Positions 42,357-52,633 of a stretch of 64,000 nt of DNA are shown here, piece after piece. The DNA is from Myxococcota bacterium (lineage in GTDB: Bacteria > Myxococcota_A > UBA9042 > PHBI01 > JAWLBL01), in assembly GCA_041687695.1 (NCBI GenBank), contig JAWLBL010000035.1, positions 1 through 64,000 of the forward strand, written 5' to 3'. The position numbers were made by a program, and so were the translations under genes. Under the pieces are notes generated by a model. That model saw only the letters and a program-made list of their open reading frames with translations, did no database searches and was not told where the DNA came from. Each line of letters starts with the position of its first letter. Within the stretch, counting starts at the first letter, position 1.

Positions 42357-43883
42357 CTATTTCCCACACCCCGTAGCATCGGCCAGGGGCAGCTCGATGG
42401 TCATCACGGTGCCTCCGTCGGGCGGGCACACCAGATCGACCGTGCCGCCGTGGGCCTCGACCATGCGCCGCACGATGGCCAGGCCCAGCCCGGTGCCCTT
42501 GTGGCGCGTCGTGAAGAACGGCTGGAAGACCCGGTCTCGCACGTCCGGCGGGATCCCCGGTCCCTCGTCGGCCACCGCGATGCGGCACGTGCGCTCCCCC
42601 CGAGTGAGGGTCAGCCGTACGGGGCGTCCGGTGATGCCGGCCTCGTCGAGGGCCTGAGACGCGTTGAGCAGCAGGTTGAGCACGGCCTCGCGCAGCAGCG
42701 CCGCGTCCGCCGCGACGACGACCGGCGTCGCCGGCCGCTCGAAGACGACCTCGCCCTGCCCGGGCGAGTCGGCGAGCAGCGCCCTGGTCTCCTCGAGCAG
42801 GGCCCCCAGCTCGACCTCGGCCATGAGCGGCGTCCGCGGCCGCGCGTACAGCAGCAGATCCTCGAGCTTGAGCGTCAGCGTCTTGATGCGCTCGACGATG
42901 CTGCCGATGACGCGCCGCTCGGGGCTGGCTTCGGGCAGCCGCGTCGCGATGACCTGCACGGCCCCGCCGATCCCGGTCAGGGGGTTGCGCACCTCGTGGG
43001 CCACCATCGCCGCCATCTCACCCAAGGTCGCCAGCGCCGCCTGCTCGCGCAGCCGCTGCTCGGCGCGCTTGCGCTCGGTGATGTCGTTGCGGATGGACAG
43101 GTAGCGATAGGGCCGGCCGCGCTCGTCCAGGAACGGGACGATGGTCGTGTCCACCCAGTAGAAGTGCCCGTCCTTGGCGCGGTTGCGGATCTCGCCGCGC
43201 CACACGCCCCCCTGCCCGATGGTCCGCCACATCTCGCGGAAGAACTCGCGCGGGTGGTAGCCCGAGTTGACGATCCGGTGATCCTGCCCCATCAGCTCGT
43301 CGCGCGCGTAGCCGCTGATCGCGCAGAAGCGGTCGTTGACGTAGATGATGCGACCGCGCTGGTCGGTGGTCGCCACGATGCTCGCCTGGTCGAGCGCCTG
43401 CTTCATCTCCTCGAGCTCGCGGCGCGAGGCCGCCAGGGCGCGGTCCGCGTCGTGGCGCTCGGTGAAGTCCAACCCGGAGCAGAGCAGGCCCACGCGCCCG
43501 GTCGCGTCCTTGAGCGGCGTGTGCTGCCAGCGCACCTGTCGGATCTCGCCCGCCCGCGTCAGCATCGGCAGCTCGAGCGGCTCGTCGGCCTCGGGGCTCC
43601 CCGCCAGACAGCGCTCGAGCGCCTCGCGCGCGCCCAGCTCCGCCGACGGCGGCAGCGACCGCGCGAACCAGTCCTGTCCGATCAGCTCCTCCGCGGTCCA
43701 CCCGACCACCTGCGCGAGCCGCTCGTTGGCCAGCGTGACGCGCCCCTCGCGGTCCAGCGCCACGACGTACGCCTCGGCGATGTCGAGCACGAGCGCGGCC
43801 ACGCGCGCTTTGTCGCCCACCACGCCCGCCTCGGCCGCCGGCGCCCGCGCCGCCACGTCCGCTCGTCGTCCCTCGGCCGTCAC
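42357..43883 (-). CDS. PAS-PAS histidine kinase
   Basis: PAS1 (ELIGQDWF), PAS2 (YVNDRFC.ISGY, NSGYHP..FF..MW.TI, GEIRNRAKDG), VAHEVRNPL, DEGPGI, GTGLGL. GTG overlaps the upstream stop. Confidence 0.92.
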   Translation of the reverse strand: MTAEGRRADVAARAPAAEAGVVGDKARVAALVLDIAEAYVVALDREGRVTLANERLAQVVGWTAEELIGQDWFARSLPPSAELGAREALERCLAGSPEADEPLELPMLTRAGEIRQVRWQHTPLKDATGRVGLLCSGLDFTERHDADRALAASRRELEEMKQALDQASIVATTDQRGRIIYVNDRFCAISGYARDELMGQDHRIVNSGYHPREFFREMWRTIGQGGVWRGEIRNRAKDGHFYWVDTTIVPFLDERGRPYRYLSIRNDITERKRAEQRLREQAALATLGEMAAMVAHEVRNPLTGIGGAVQVIATRLPEASPERRVIGSIVERIKTLTLKLEDLLLYARPRTPLMAEVELGALLEETRALLADSPGQGEVVFERPATPVVVAADAALLREAVLNLLLNASQALDEAGITGRPVRLTLTRGERTCRIAVADEGPGIPPDVRDRVFQPFFTTRHKGTGLGLAIVRRMVEAHGGTVDLVCPPDGGTVMTIELPLADATGCGK

Positions 43884-44320
43884 GACAGACACGCGGCGAT
43901 CTGCCCGGCGATCGTCTCGAGGTCGAAGGGCTTGTCCACGAAGGCCCGCACGCCGCCCGCCACCGCCCGCGCCGTCACCGCGTCGCTCCGATGGGCCGTC
44001 ATCAGGATGACGACGGCGCCCGGCGCCGCCGCCCGCACGTCCGCGAGCAGACTCAAGCCGTCCGAGTCGGGCAGCTTGAGGTCGAGCAGCACGACGTCCG
44101 GCGGCCGCGCCGACGGGTCGGCCAGCCGCGCGCGCGCCTCGCCGATGCTGGCGGCCTCGCGGACCTCGCAGCCGAGCTCGCCCAGGCGCTGCGTGAGCGA
44201 CCACCGGATGAGCTCCTCGTCGTCGACGACCAGGACGGCGCGGCCGGCGAGGCTGGGCGGGACGTCGTCCTGACCTCGCGGGCCGCGCGCGGGCGGTACT
44301 GGCAGCGTCATCGGGCCCAT
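43880..44320 (-). CDS. Single-domain response regulator
   Basis: VVDDEELIRWSL, LLDLKLPD, MTAH, KPFD. ATG after GAGAGG. Confidence 0.88.
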   Translation of the reverse strand: MGPMTLPVPPARGPRGQDDVPPSLAGRAVLVVDDEELIRWSLTQRLGELGCEVREAASIGEARARLADPSARPPDVVLLDLKLPDSDGLSLLADVRAAAPGAVVILMTAHRSDAVTARAVAGGVRAFVDKPFDLETIAGQIAACLS

Positions 44321-44354
44321 GGGGAACCTCTCGGGTGGGCGGGCGGGCACGTGG

Positions 44355-44831
44355 TCAGGCCTCGGGCGATGGCGCGGCCCGCCGCACGACCAGCACGGGG
44401 ACCGACGCCAGACGCACGACGCGCTCGGCCACGGAACCCAGCAGCGCGCGCTTGATGCCCGTGCGGCCGTGCGTGCCGACCACGATGCGGTCGACACCCA
44501 GCTGCGTGGCGGCCTCCAGCACGGCCTCGGCCGCGTGCCCGACCCGCAGCTCGGGGTCGCAGTCGACGCCCGGGAACGTGCGCTCGACGCGCTCCGCGGC
44601 CTCTTGCAGGCTCGCCCGCGCGCGCTCGGAGGCCTGCGCGTGGACGTCCTCCCACGATCCCAGGCTGCCGTAGCCGCCCAGCGGGTCCAGGGTCACGGGC
44701 GCCGGCGCGAGGTCCAGCACGTGCAGCAGCACGATGCGGCCCTGACGGGCGACCAGCTCGCGCGCCGCCTCGTTCAGGGCCTCCTCGGCCGACTCTGAGA
44801 AATCGTAGGCCACCAGCCAGGTCGGGTTCAT
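44355..44831 (-). CDS. Universal stress protein
   Basis: VAYDFS, LLHV, IVVGTHGRTG..LGSVAERVV..PVLVV. Confidence 0.92.
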   Translation of the reverse strand: MNPTWLVAYDFSESAEEALNEAARELVARQGRIVLLHVLDLAPAPVTLDPLGGYGSLGSWEDVHAQASERARASLQEAAERVERTFPGVDCDPELRVGHAAEAVLEAATQLGVDRIVVGTHGRTGIKRALLGSVAERVVRLASVPVLVVRRAAPSPEA

Positions 44832-44872
44832 CGCGGACTCCATCATTCGAGAGGTGGGTTCGAGCAGCCGGG

Positions 44873-45307
44873 TCAGGGGACGATGGTGACGGGGACCTTG
44901 CTGTGGGCAGCCAGGGCGCGCGAGACGCTGCCCTCGATGGCGCGGCGGAACGGCCCCTTGCCGGTCCGGCCGAGCACCACCATCTGAACGCCCTCGCGCT
45001 CGGCGAGATCCAGCAGCCGGTCGGCGACGTGGCCGATCTCGACGTGGGCATGGACGGGCGGCGCCTCCGGGCCGAGGCGCAGGACGGCCGGCCGCAGCAC
45101 CTCGGCGTCGACCCGCTGCTCGAGCGCCTGCACGTCGGTCCAGGCGATGCCGTCGCGCGTGAACATCTCGAGGGGCGGCGTCTCGAGCACCGCCACCACC
45201 TCGAGCGACAGGCCCTGGGCGGTGGCGAGCCGCGCGGCCAGCGCCAGCGCGCGCAGGCTGGGCTCGGAGCCGTCGATCGGGACGAGGAGGCGGTCGGTCG
45301 TGGTCAT
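44873..45307 (-). CDS. Universal stress protein
   Basis: LVPIDGS, VVLGRTG, GSVS..PVTIVP. Confidence 0.9.
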   Translation of the reverse strand: MTTTDRLLVPIDGSEPSLRALALAARLATAQGLSLEVVAVLETPPLEMFTRDGIAWTDVQALEQRVDAEVLRPAVLRLGPEAPPVHAHVEIGHVADRLLDLAEREGVQMVVLGRTGKGPFRRAIEGSVSRALAAHSKVPVTIVP

Positions 45308-45384
45308 GTCGTGTCCTGTGTAGGTAACGGTGTGCGGGGGCGGCGTGTCCAGCGCTCACCCCGCGTGCGGTCCACCCACGCTTC

Positions 45385-45400
45385 AGCACGTTCCATGCCA
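45385..45400 (-). promoter_or_regulatory. sigma54 -24/-12 promoter motif for the usp operon
   Basis: Minus strand TGGCAT-GGAAC-GTGCT, GG-N10-GC, about 80 nt before the usp ATG. Confidence 0.68.
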
Positions 45401-45599
45401 GTGTGATATGCACCGCACTCCGCGGCGTCCCGCCAGCCCCGGGGCCGATACCCCGTGCCATCTGCCCCAGGCCGGCGTGTGTTCCCACACACCCGTCGCC
45501 GAGCGCTCCGCGGAGGGGGACCTCCCCTGCGGCCCCTGGGGGCGATTGCCCGGCCTCCGGCGACGGGTTAACGTTGGGCCCGGACGTGAGGGGGACACG

Positions 45600-46796
45600 A
45601 TGAGCGATCCCGCGAACCAGCAGCCCGCCGACGATCTGTACGACGTCGAGATGCCCGAGGCTTCCCCACCCGGCGTGGCGGCCGGGTCCGCGGCCGGGTC
45701 GCCGTCCGCGCCCGCCCGCCCGCGACGCCCACAGCGCGCCGCCGCGCCGCCGCCGCCCTTCAAGGTCCCGGCGCCGAACGTGCTGGATCTGCTGAAGGCG
45801 CATCTGGCGCGCGCGTTCGCCGTCGACGGCGGCCCCGAGCGCCTCGTCGCCGACGAGCAGCGCACCTTCGAGGTCACCAAGCCCGCCGTCGCGACCGAGC
45901 TGCTCGCGAAGGTCCTGCTCTGGCGACGCGCCAGCCTGACGATCGGCGGCCTGATGCTCGCCCTGGCGCTCCTGCTGCTGCTGGTCGACACCGCGACCAG
46001 CCTCTCGGCCATGAGGGGCTCGGCCGTCCTGATGGTCCTCGTGACCCTGACCGGCCTCGGCGTCCTGGGCTGGGCCGTCTGGCAGGCCTTCGCCGGCTGG
46101 GACTTCTGGGCGCGGCACCGCGGCGGGCTGCGCCTCGGGCTGCTGGTCGCCCTGGCCGCCGTCGCCGTCGGCTCCGTCCTGCGCGGCCACAGCCTGTACC
46201 TGTTCGCCCTCGCGCCGTGCCTGCTCGGCCTGACCCTGGGCACGGTCCGCATGGCCGGCTTCGCCAAGGCGGCCTTCCCCGGCGCCCGCGCCCCGGGTTG
46301 GGTGCTGACCTTCGCCTTCCCCGTCCACGCCGCGCTCGCCTTCAGCCTGCTCATCATGGCCTGGCAAGGCTTCGGCAGCGCCGTCTACCTGCTCGGCGCC
46401 CTCACGGTCGCCGCCATCCCGGTCTTCCACTGGCGCGCCGCCGCCGCCCTGTCACGCCCGGCCGAAGCCGCCGACGTCGTCGCCACCCTGGGCGCGGTCC
46501 GCCTCAAGGCCTGGCTCCTGGGCGGCATGGCCCTGCTCTACTTCCTGCTCGGCGCCATGCTCGCCCTCGACGGAGGCACCGTCGCGACCCTCACCGCCCT
46601 GCTCTTGTGCGGCGCCTTCACCTTCGTCGGCGGCGTCGTCGCCTTCGACCTCTACTTCGAGCTCCAGACGCGCGTCGCCGCCGAGGCCACCGCCGACGCC
46701 GACCTCGCGCGATCCCAGGCCGAGCTGTGGACCGCCTTCGTGGCCGACGCCGCCCTCGAAGGCGAGCGCGCGGCCCGCCTCCCGGGCGGCGTCTGA
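45600..46796 (+). CDS. Multi-pass membrane protein, unknown function
   Basis: GAGGGGG RBS, Pro-rich N-terminus, about 8 hydrophobic segments, strong GC3 bias. Confidence 0.75.
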   Translation: MSDPANQQPADDLYDVEMPEASPPGVAAGSAAGSPSAPARPRRPQRAAAPPPPFKVPAPNVLDLLKAHLARAFAVDGGPERLVADEQRTFEVTKPAVATELLAKVLLWRRASLTIGGLMLALALLLLLVDTATSLSAMRGSAVLMVLVTLTGLGVLGWAVWQAFAGWDFWARHRGGLRLGLLVALAAVAVGSVLRGHSLYLFALAPCLLGLTLGTVRMAGFAKAAFPGARAPGWVLTFAFPVHAALAFSLLIMAWQGFGSAVYLLGALTVAAIPVFHWRAAAALSRPAEAADVVATLGAVRLKAWLLGGMALLYFLLGAMLALDGGTVATLTALLLCGAFTFVGGVVAFDLYFELQTRVAAEATADADLARSQAELWTAFVADAALEGERAARLPGGV

Positions 46797-46800
46797 CCCG

Positions 46801-46995
46801 CTACCCTGGCGTCGTCGAAACCAGCGACACCACGGCCATCACGAGGAACAGGACGGCCGCGACGAGCAGCACCTTGCGGGCGACGCCCATCAGCTGCGTG
46901 CTCCCGACGCCGCGCGCGCCCTGCGGGCTCAGTCCCAGCACGGCCGCCAGGGCCGCGAGCAGCGCCGCGATGCCGAGCAGAGGGATCCAGGTCAT
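46801..46995 (-). CDS. Small two-TM protein
   Basis: GGAG RBS; MTWIPLLG.. with two hydrophobic helices. Confidence 0.55.
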   Translation of the reverse strand: MTWIPLLGIAALLAALAAVLGLSPQGARGVGSTQLMGVARKVLLVAAVLFLVMAVVSLVSTTPG

Positions 46996-47109
46996 GGGTG
47001 GTCTCCGGGTCGTCCGGGTGAGGTCGGCCACCGAGGGCCTCTCGTGCTCGCCAACCCTAAGCACGGTCCCCCGGGGACGCCCTCACGCGGCCCGGACCAC
47101 GCCGCCCCG

Positions 47110-47334
47110 TCAGCCCGCCGCGCGCGCCAGCGCCTCGAGCTCGGCCTCATCCGCCTCGGTCGCGTCCACGAACCAGGGGTCGCCCGGCGGCCCCTCGAGG
47201 TAGCGCGTCAGCAGGTCGCCCGGCCGCAGCGGCCCGGCCAGCCCGTCGAGCAGCAGCGCGACCGACAGGTCGTCCACCGACAGGGTCGAGGTCGAAGAGA
47301 CGAGGTCATCGTTCTGCGCACGGAGCGTCACCAT
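47110..47334 (-). CDS. Small hypothetical protein
   Basis: GAGGAGG RBS before ATG; GC3-biased frame. Confidence 0.5.
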   Translation of the reverse strand: MVTLRAQNDDLVSSTSTLSVDDLSVALLLDGLAGPLRPGDLLTRYLEGPPGDPWFVDATEADEAELEALARAAG

Positions 47335-47449
47335 GGGGGCCTCCTCGGCGGGCAAGCTCACCGCCGTTACGAGGGCAACGACGACGGCGCGGCGGGCGAC
47401 ATTTCGGGCGCCGCGCGCTTTGCCACATCGTCTCGGAAGTGGCCCGCGG

Positions 47450-47465
47450 AGCGCCGCGATTGCCA
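47450..47465 (-). promoter_or_regulatory. Weak sigma54-like motif
   Basis: Minus strand TGGCAA-TCGCG-GCGCT, GG-N10-GC. Confidence 0.3.
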
Positions 47466-47528
47466 AATCGGCACGCGCGACTTCCCGACGCTAACACCCC
47501 TGCCCGGCTCGGCCGACGGCCCGGTCGT

Positions 47529-49010
47529 TCACCGGCCCCCGGCCCCGCCCGACTCGCGCTCCTTCAGCTTCTTCTCGACCTCGCACGCCGTCTTCACGCC
47601 CCCCTTGCAGGCCTTCGCCGCCATCGCGCGCCCCTTCTTCGGATCCCGGGGCACGCCCAGCCCCTCGAAGTGCACCACCGCCAGATCCGCGCAGCTGGCC
47701 ATCCGCCCCTTCGCGCACGCCCCGTCCATCAGCTTGGCCGCCCGCTCGAAGTGCTCGGCGTCCCCCACCACCTCGATGAGCGCCACCCCCAGGCTCCCGC
47801 ACGCGTCCACGTCCCCCAGCTCGCACCCCCTCTCGAACGCCGCGACCGCCCGCTCCTCGTCCTCGGCCACCCCGCCGTGTCCCTCGAGCAGCACCACGCC
47901 CAGGGTCAGACACGCCCAGCCGTCCCCGTCCTTGCACGCCGCGTCGAGCAGCCCGACGCCCTTGGCCGCGTCCCGCGCCACCCCCTCGCCCGTGATGTGC
48001 GCCGCCCCCAGCCGCGCGCACCCGTGCGGCCACTTGCCCTCGCAGCTCTTGGCGTACAGCGCCGCCGCCCGCTTCGCGTCCGCCTTCACCCCGGTCCCCG
48101 TCTCCAGGTGCGCCCCCAGGTCCGCGCACCCCACCTCGTCCCCCGCCTCGCACGCCTGCCCCAGCACCGCCACCGCCCTCGCGTGGTCCGCCTTGCCCGC
48201 GAGCCCCGCGTTCAGCGCCCGCGCGAGGTGCACGCACCCCTTCGCGCTCCCCGCCTCGCACGCCTTGCGGAACAGCGCGACCGCCTTCTTCCCGTCGGCC
48301 TTCATCCCCGTCCCGGTCTCGAGCCGCTCGCCCAGGGCCGAGCACGCCTGAGGGTCGCCGCCCTTGCACCCCTTGTCGGCCAGCTTCATCGCCGCCTTGT
48401 CGTCCTTGGCGGTCCCCAGCCCGTGCAGGTGGTGCACCGCCGCCGCCCGGCACCCGTGCAGCGCGTTGCCCGCCGCGCACGCCTTCTCGTACAGCTTCAG
48501 CGCCGCCGCGTCGTCCGCCTTCACCCCGGCGAACCCGGTCCGCAGCTGCGTCGCCCGCCCGGTGCACGTCCACGCGTCCTGCGCGCACGCCCGCTCGAGC
48601 AGCGCCGACGCCTTCTCGGCCGCCCCGTCCCCGCCGGCCCCGAACATGTACAGCTTCGCCAGCGCCAGGCACGCCCGCTGGTCGTCCTTCTGGCACGCTG
48701 CCGTCAGCCGCGCGCCCTCGGCGTTCCAGTCCACACCGCCCTTGATCCCCGCCTTCAGCAGCCCCTCGAAGGCGACGAACCCGTCCAGATCGTCGGCCAG
48801 CAGCGCCTTCCACGCCCAGCCCATCGCCGCCTCGGCCCGCCCGGCCAGCCGCTCGCGGTGGCTCGCCTGCACGCACGCGTACCCGGCCCCCGCCTCGCAC
48901 GCCGCGTCCGGCCACGCCGCCGCCTCCTCACCAGCCGCGGCCGCCCCGGCCCCGCCCAGCAAGCCCGCCGCCACCGCCACCGCCCCGAGCCACCACCGTC
49001 CACCCGTCAT
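47529..49010 (-). CDS. Secreted Cys-paired Sel1-like repeat protein (Hcp-like)
   Basis: GGAGG RBS, signal peptide, ~36-aa repeats G.GV..D...A..L...AC..G...GC..LG. Confidence 0.88.
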   Translation of the reverse strand: MTGGRWWLGAVAVAAGLLGGAGAAAAGEEAAAWPDAACEAGAGYACVQASHRERLAGRAEAAMGWAWKALLADDLDGFVAFEGLLKAGIKGGVDWNAEGARLTAACQKDDQRACLALAKLYMFGAGGDGAAEKASALLERACAQDAWTCTGRATQLRTGFAGVKADDAAALKLYEKACAAGNALHGCRAAAVHHLHGLGTAKDDKAAMKLADKGCKGGDPQACSALGERLETGTGMKADGKKAVALFRKACEAGSAKGCVHLARALNAGLAGKADHARAVAVLGQACEAGDEVGCADLGAHLETGTGVKADAKRAAALYAKSCEGKWPHGCARLGAAHITGEGVARDAAKGVGLLDAACKDGDGWACLTLGVVLLEGHGGVAEDEERAVAAFERGCELGDVDACGSLGVALIEVVGDAEHFERAAKLMDGACAKGRMASCADLAVVHFEGLGVPRDPKKGRAMAAKACKGGVKTACEVEKKLKERESGGAGGR

Positions 49011-49118
49011 CGCCGCCTCCGTTGGGCCCTCGCCGGGCCGCGCGCCGGCAGGCAACCACCCCGCGCCCCCCTTGGCAAGCCTTGGCAACGCCGCCGTCCT
49101 CGCCCTACCCTCGCCCCC

Positions 49119-50057
49119 ATGCCCGCGCCCACCCTCATCTACGAGACCGTCTACGGCAGCCGCGCCTACGGCCTCGACACCGCCGCCTCCGACGAGGACC
49201 TCCGCGGCGTCGTCGTCGGACCGGCCGCCTGGTACCACGGCTTCGTCGGCGGCCCCGAGCAGGTCGACCTCGGCAAGGACCACGTCCACTGGGAGATCCG
49301 CAAGCTCATGCGGCTCCTCGCCGCCGCCAACCCGACCGTGCTCGAGGTCGTCTACACCGATCCGCGCCACCACCGCGTCCTGACGCCGGCCGGCCGCCGC
49401 CTCCTCGACGCCCGCGACCTCTTCCTCTCCCGCCGCGTCAAGGACACCTTCGCCGGCTACGCCCTGGGTCAACTCCGCCGCATCGAGACGCACCGCCGCT
49501 GGCTGCTCCACCCGCCCTCCGAGGCGCCCACCCGCGCCGCCTACGGCCTTCCCGAGCGCTCCCTCGTCCCGCGCGACCAGCTCGGCGCCGCCGAGGCCCT
49601 GCTCGCGCGCGGCCGCCTGGGTGAACACGAGCTCCCAGCCGGCTTCCTCGAGCTCCTCGGCCGCGAGAAGCGCTACCGGGCCGCCCGCCGCGAGTGGGAG
49701 CAGTTCCAGCAGTGGTGCAAGGCGCGAAACCCGGCCCGCGCCGAGCTCGAGCGGCGCTTCGGCTACGACACCAAGCACGCGCAGCACCTCATCCGCCTGC
49801 TCCGCATGGCGCTCGAGATCCTCGAGCGCGGCCAGGTGGTCGTCGAGCGCCCCGACCGCGACGAGCTGCTGGCCATCCGGCAGGGCGCCTGGTCCTACGA
49901 GCAGCTCCTCGACGAGGCCCGCCGCCTGCAGGCCGCCGCGGACGCCGCCGCCGCCACCTCCCCGCTGCCCGCCGACGTCGACCTCGCCGACCTCGACGCG
50001 CTGTGCGCCTCCATCGTCGAAGACGTCCTCCGCGCCCGCGCCCCAGGCCACCCATGA
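49119..50057 (+). CDS. RlaP/YcgL-like Pol-beta superfamily nucleotidyltransferase, copy 1
   Basis: GSRAYG...SDEDLRG, ANPTVLE, GYDTKHAQHLIRLL, LLAIRQG. Confidence 0.85.
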   Translation: MPAPTLIYETVYGSRAYGLDTAASDEDLRGVVVGPAAWYHGFVGGPEQVDLGKDHVHWEIRKLMRLLAAANPTVLEVVYTDPRHHRVLTPAGRRLLDARDLFLSRRVKDTFAGYALGQLRRIETHRRWLLHPPSEAPTRAAYGLPERSLVPRDQLGAAEALLARGRLGEHELPAGFLELLGREKRYRAARREWEQFQQWCKARNPARAELERRFGYDTKHAQHLIRLLRMALEILERGQVVVERPDRDELLAIRQGAWSYEQLLDEARRLQAAADAAAATSPLPADVDLADLDALCASIVEDVLRARAPGHP

Positions 50058-50872
50058 CCCCGCACGACCTCCCGCCCGCCGCCGCCCCCGACCTCGCCCT
50101 CGCCCGCCGCGTCCTGGCGACCCGCTCTCCTCCGGGCGCGCTCGTCCTGTGCGCGGTCACCGGCGCCCACCAGTACGGCTTCCCGTCGCCCGACAGCGAT
50201 CTGGACCTCAAAGGCGTCCACGCCGCTCCGACACGCGCGCTGCTCGGGCTCGGGACGCCGGCCGAGTCCTGGGACACCACCGTCGTCTTCGAGGGCGTCG
50301 AGTGCGACGTCACCACCCAGGAGCTGGCGCGCGCCATCGGCCTGCTCCTGCGCGGCAACGGCAACATGCTCGAGCGCCTGCTCTCTCCCTTCCAGGTCCT
50401 GCCGGGCCCCGACCAGCAGGCCCTCACCGACCTCGCCCGCGCCTCCGTCAGCCGCCGCTTCCTGCAGCACTACCTGGGGTTCTTCCGGGGCAAGCGCCGC
50501 GAGCACGAGCGCGCCCCCGCGGCCGAGGCCAAGACGCTGCTCTACATCTATCGCACGGCCCTCACCGGCGCCCACCTGCTGACCACGGGCGCCCTCGAGG
50601 CCGACCTGTCCGTCCTCGCGCCCGCGTACGGCTTCCCCGAGGCCCTGCCGCTCATCGCTCACAAGCGCGCCGGCCGAGAGCACATCGCCGTCTCGCCCGA
50701 GGACGACGCGCTCCACCGCGCCCAGTGGCCCCGCCTCGAGGCGACCCTGCTCGCCGCGCACGAGGCCAGCCCCCTCCCGGAAGATCCCCCGAACCGGGAC
50801 GCTTTCGACGCCTGGCTGGTCGACCACCGCCTGCGTGCCCTCGCCGCGCGCCGAGATCGTCACGATTCGTGA
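50054..50872 (+). CDS. RlaP/YcgL-like nucleotidyltransferase, copy 2
   Basis: GAHQYGFPSPDSDLDLKG, GNGNMLE, HYLGF, K.LLY.YR..LTG.HL. ATGA overlap. Confidence 0.85.
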   Translation: MTPHDLPPAAAPDLALARRVLATRSPPGALVLCAVTGAHQYGFPSPDSDLDLKGVHAAPTRALLGLGTPAESWDTTVVFEGVECDVTTQELARAIGLLLRGNGNMLERLLSPFQVLPGPDQQALTDLARASVSRRFLQHYLGFFRGKRREHERAPAAEAKTLLYIYRTALTGAHLLTTGALEADLSVLAPAYGFPEALPLIAHKRAGREHIAVSPEDDALHRAQWPRLEATLLAAHEASPLPEDPPNRDAFDAWLVDHRLRALAARRDRHDS

Positions 50873-50974
50873 CAAAAGCGCGCGAGGGCCCTTCCCCAGC
50901 ACCGTCACAGCTTGGTATGTTCCGCCGCGTCCGGGGCCCGTCGCGCCCCGGGGGGACGTGGGGGAGGCGCAGCC

Positions 50975-52450
50975 ATGGTGCAAGCAGCGGACAAGGTCGA
51001 CAGACAGGTGCTGGTGGTCGACGACGACCCGCAGATCGGGCGGCTGGTCGACCGGGTGCTCACCCGCCAGGGCTATCGCGTCCAGGTCACCACGACGGCG
51101 GCGGCGGGCCTCACCGCCATCGCGAACGGCTTCCGCGGCGTCGTGGTGCTCGACGTGCAGCTGCCCGACATGCCCGGCACCGAGCTGTTCGAGCGCTTCC
51201 GCGCCGAGGCGCCCGAGCTGCCGGTCATCTTCCTGACCGGCTACGGGTCGACCGACCTCGCCCTCGACTCGCTGCAGCAGGGCGCCTTCGAGTTCCTCGA
51301 CAAGTCGGCCGTGCTCGACCGGCTCGCGCCCAGCGTCGCGGCGGCCTTCGAGACCCTGCAGGTCGACGAGCAGGCGCAGTCGCTCCAGCACGAAGGCCAC
51401 GCCGACCTGGCCTTCGCCAGCATCATCACCCAGTCGCGCCCGATGCGCGCCGTCTTCCAGGCGCTCCGCAACGCCATCGACTCCAAGCTGACGGTCCTCA
51501 TCCGCGGCGAGTCGGGCACCGGCAAGGAGCTCATCGCCCGGGCCATCCACCAGGGCTCGCCGCGCCGGAGCGAGGCCTTCGTCCCGGTCAACTCGGCGGG
51601 CATCCCCGAGAGCCTGCTCGAGTCCGAGATGTTCGGCTACGAGCGCGGCGCCTTCACCGGCGCCAACAACCGCAAGATCGGCCACTTCGAGGCCGCCCGC
51701 CGCGGCACGCTCTTCCTCGACGAGATAGGCGAGCTGCACACGACCCTGCAGGCCAAGCTCCTGCGCGCCATCCAGGAGGGCCAGATCACCCGCGTCGGCG
51801 GCTCCGAGCCCATCAGCGTCGACGTGCGCCTCGTCGCGGCCACCCACCGCGACCTCGAGCAGGAGGTCGAGCAGGGCCGCTTCCGCGAGGACCTGTACTA
51901 CCGACTCGCCGTCTTCACGGTCTATCTGCCCGCGCTGCGCGAGCGCCCCGGCGACATCCCGCTGCTGGCCGAGCACTTCGTCGCCCGCGCCGCCGAGCGC
52001 GAAAACCGCCCCATCCAGGGCATCGACCCGCGCGCGCTGGAGGTCCTGACCTCCTACTCCTACCCAGGCAACGTCCGCGAGCTCGAGAACCTCATCTCCT
52101 ACGCGGTCGTCGCCTCGCGCGGCCCGAACCTGACCCTGGCCGATCTGCCGCGGCACTTCCTGCAGGCCGTCTCCCTCGAGCGCAAGCAGAAGGGCCTGCG
52201 CCCCGCCGGCGCCGCGGCCACCACCAGCCCCGACGCCTCCGCGCCGCCCCCGGCCGCCCCGGCCTCGAGCCCGGCCGCGCCCGCCTACCGCCTCGACACC
52301 TTCCCGACCCTCGCCGCCATCGAGCGCTCCCACATCCTGGCCGCCCTCGACCTCGCCCAGGGCAACAAGACCAAGGCCGCCCAGCTCCTCGGCATCTCGC
52401 GCATGACCCTGTACCGCAAGACCGCCGACCTGGGCCTCGCCGAGACCTGA
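50975..52450 (+). CDS. NtrC-family sigma54 enhancer-binding response regulator
   Basis: Receiver, [30 protein letters not shown], Fis HTH. Confidence 0.95.
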   Translation: MVQAADKVDRQVLVVDDDPQIGRLVDRVLTRQGYRVQVTTTAAAGLTAIANGFRGVVVLDVQLPDMPGTELFERFRAEAPELPVIFLTGYGSTDLALDSLQQGAFEFLDKSAVLDRLAPSVAAAFETLQVDEQAQSLQHEGHADLAFASIITQSRPMRAVFQALRNAIDSKLTVLIRGESGTGKELIARAIHQGSPRRSEAFVPVNSAGIPESLLESEMFGYERGAFTGANNRKIGHFEAARRGTLFLDEIGELHTTLQAKLLRAIQEGQITRVGGSEPISVDVRLVAATHRDLEQEVEQGRFREDLYYRLAVFTVYLPALRERPGDIPLLAEHFVARAAERENRPIQGIDPRALEVLTSYSYPGNVRELENLISYAVVASRGPNLTLADLPRHFLQAVSLERKQKGLRPAGAAATTSPDASAPPPAAPASSPAAPAYRLDTFPTLAAIERSHILAALDLAQGNKTKAAQLLGISRMTLYRKTADLGLAET

Positions 52451-52463
52451 CGGCGCCCCCGCC

Positions 52464-52623
52464 TCAGGCGTCCTCGTCGTCGTCGTCGTCCAGGCTCAGC
52501 GCGCCGGCGCCCTCGACCACCGACAAGGCGCCCTCGCCGGCCGCCGGCGTGGGCGCCGCGCGTGGCCTGCAGGACGTCGCCCGGCACCTCGACCGCGCCG
52601 AGGACCGGCAGCGCGTGCATCAC
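52464..52623 (-). pseudogene. Possible frameshifted gene remnant
   Basis: Coding-like frame MHALPVLGAVEVPGDVLQAT switches near 52560 to another frame, AAPTPAAGEGALSVVEGAGALSLDDDDDEDA-stop. Confidence 0.3.
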
Positions 52624-52633
52624 CGTCCGGCGC

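Noticed and set aside
45445..45460. Second minus-strand TGGCAC upstream of usp
   Set aside because: No GC at the required N10 spacing.
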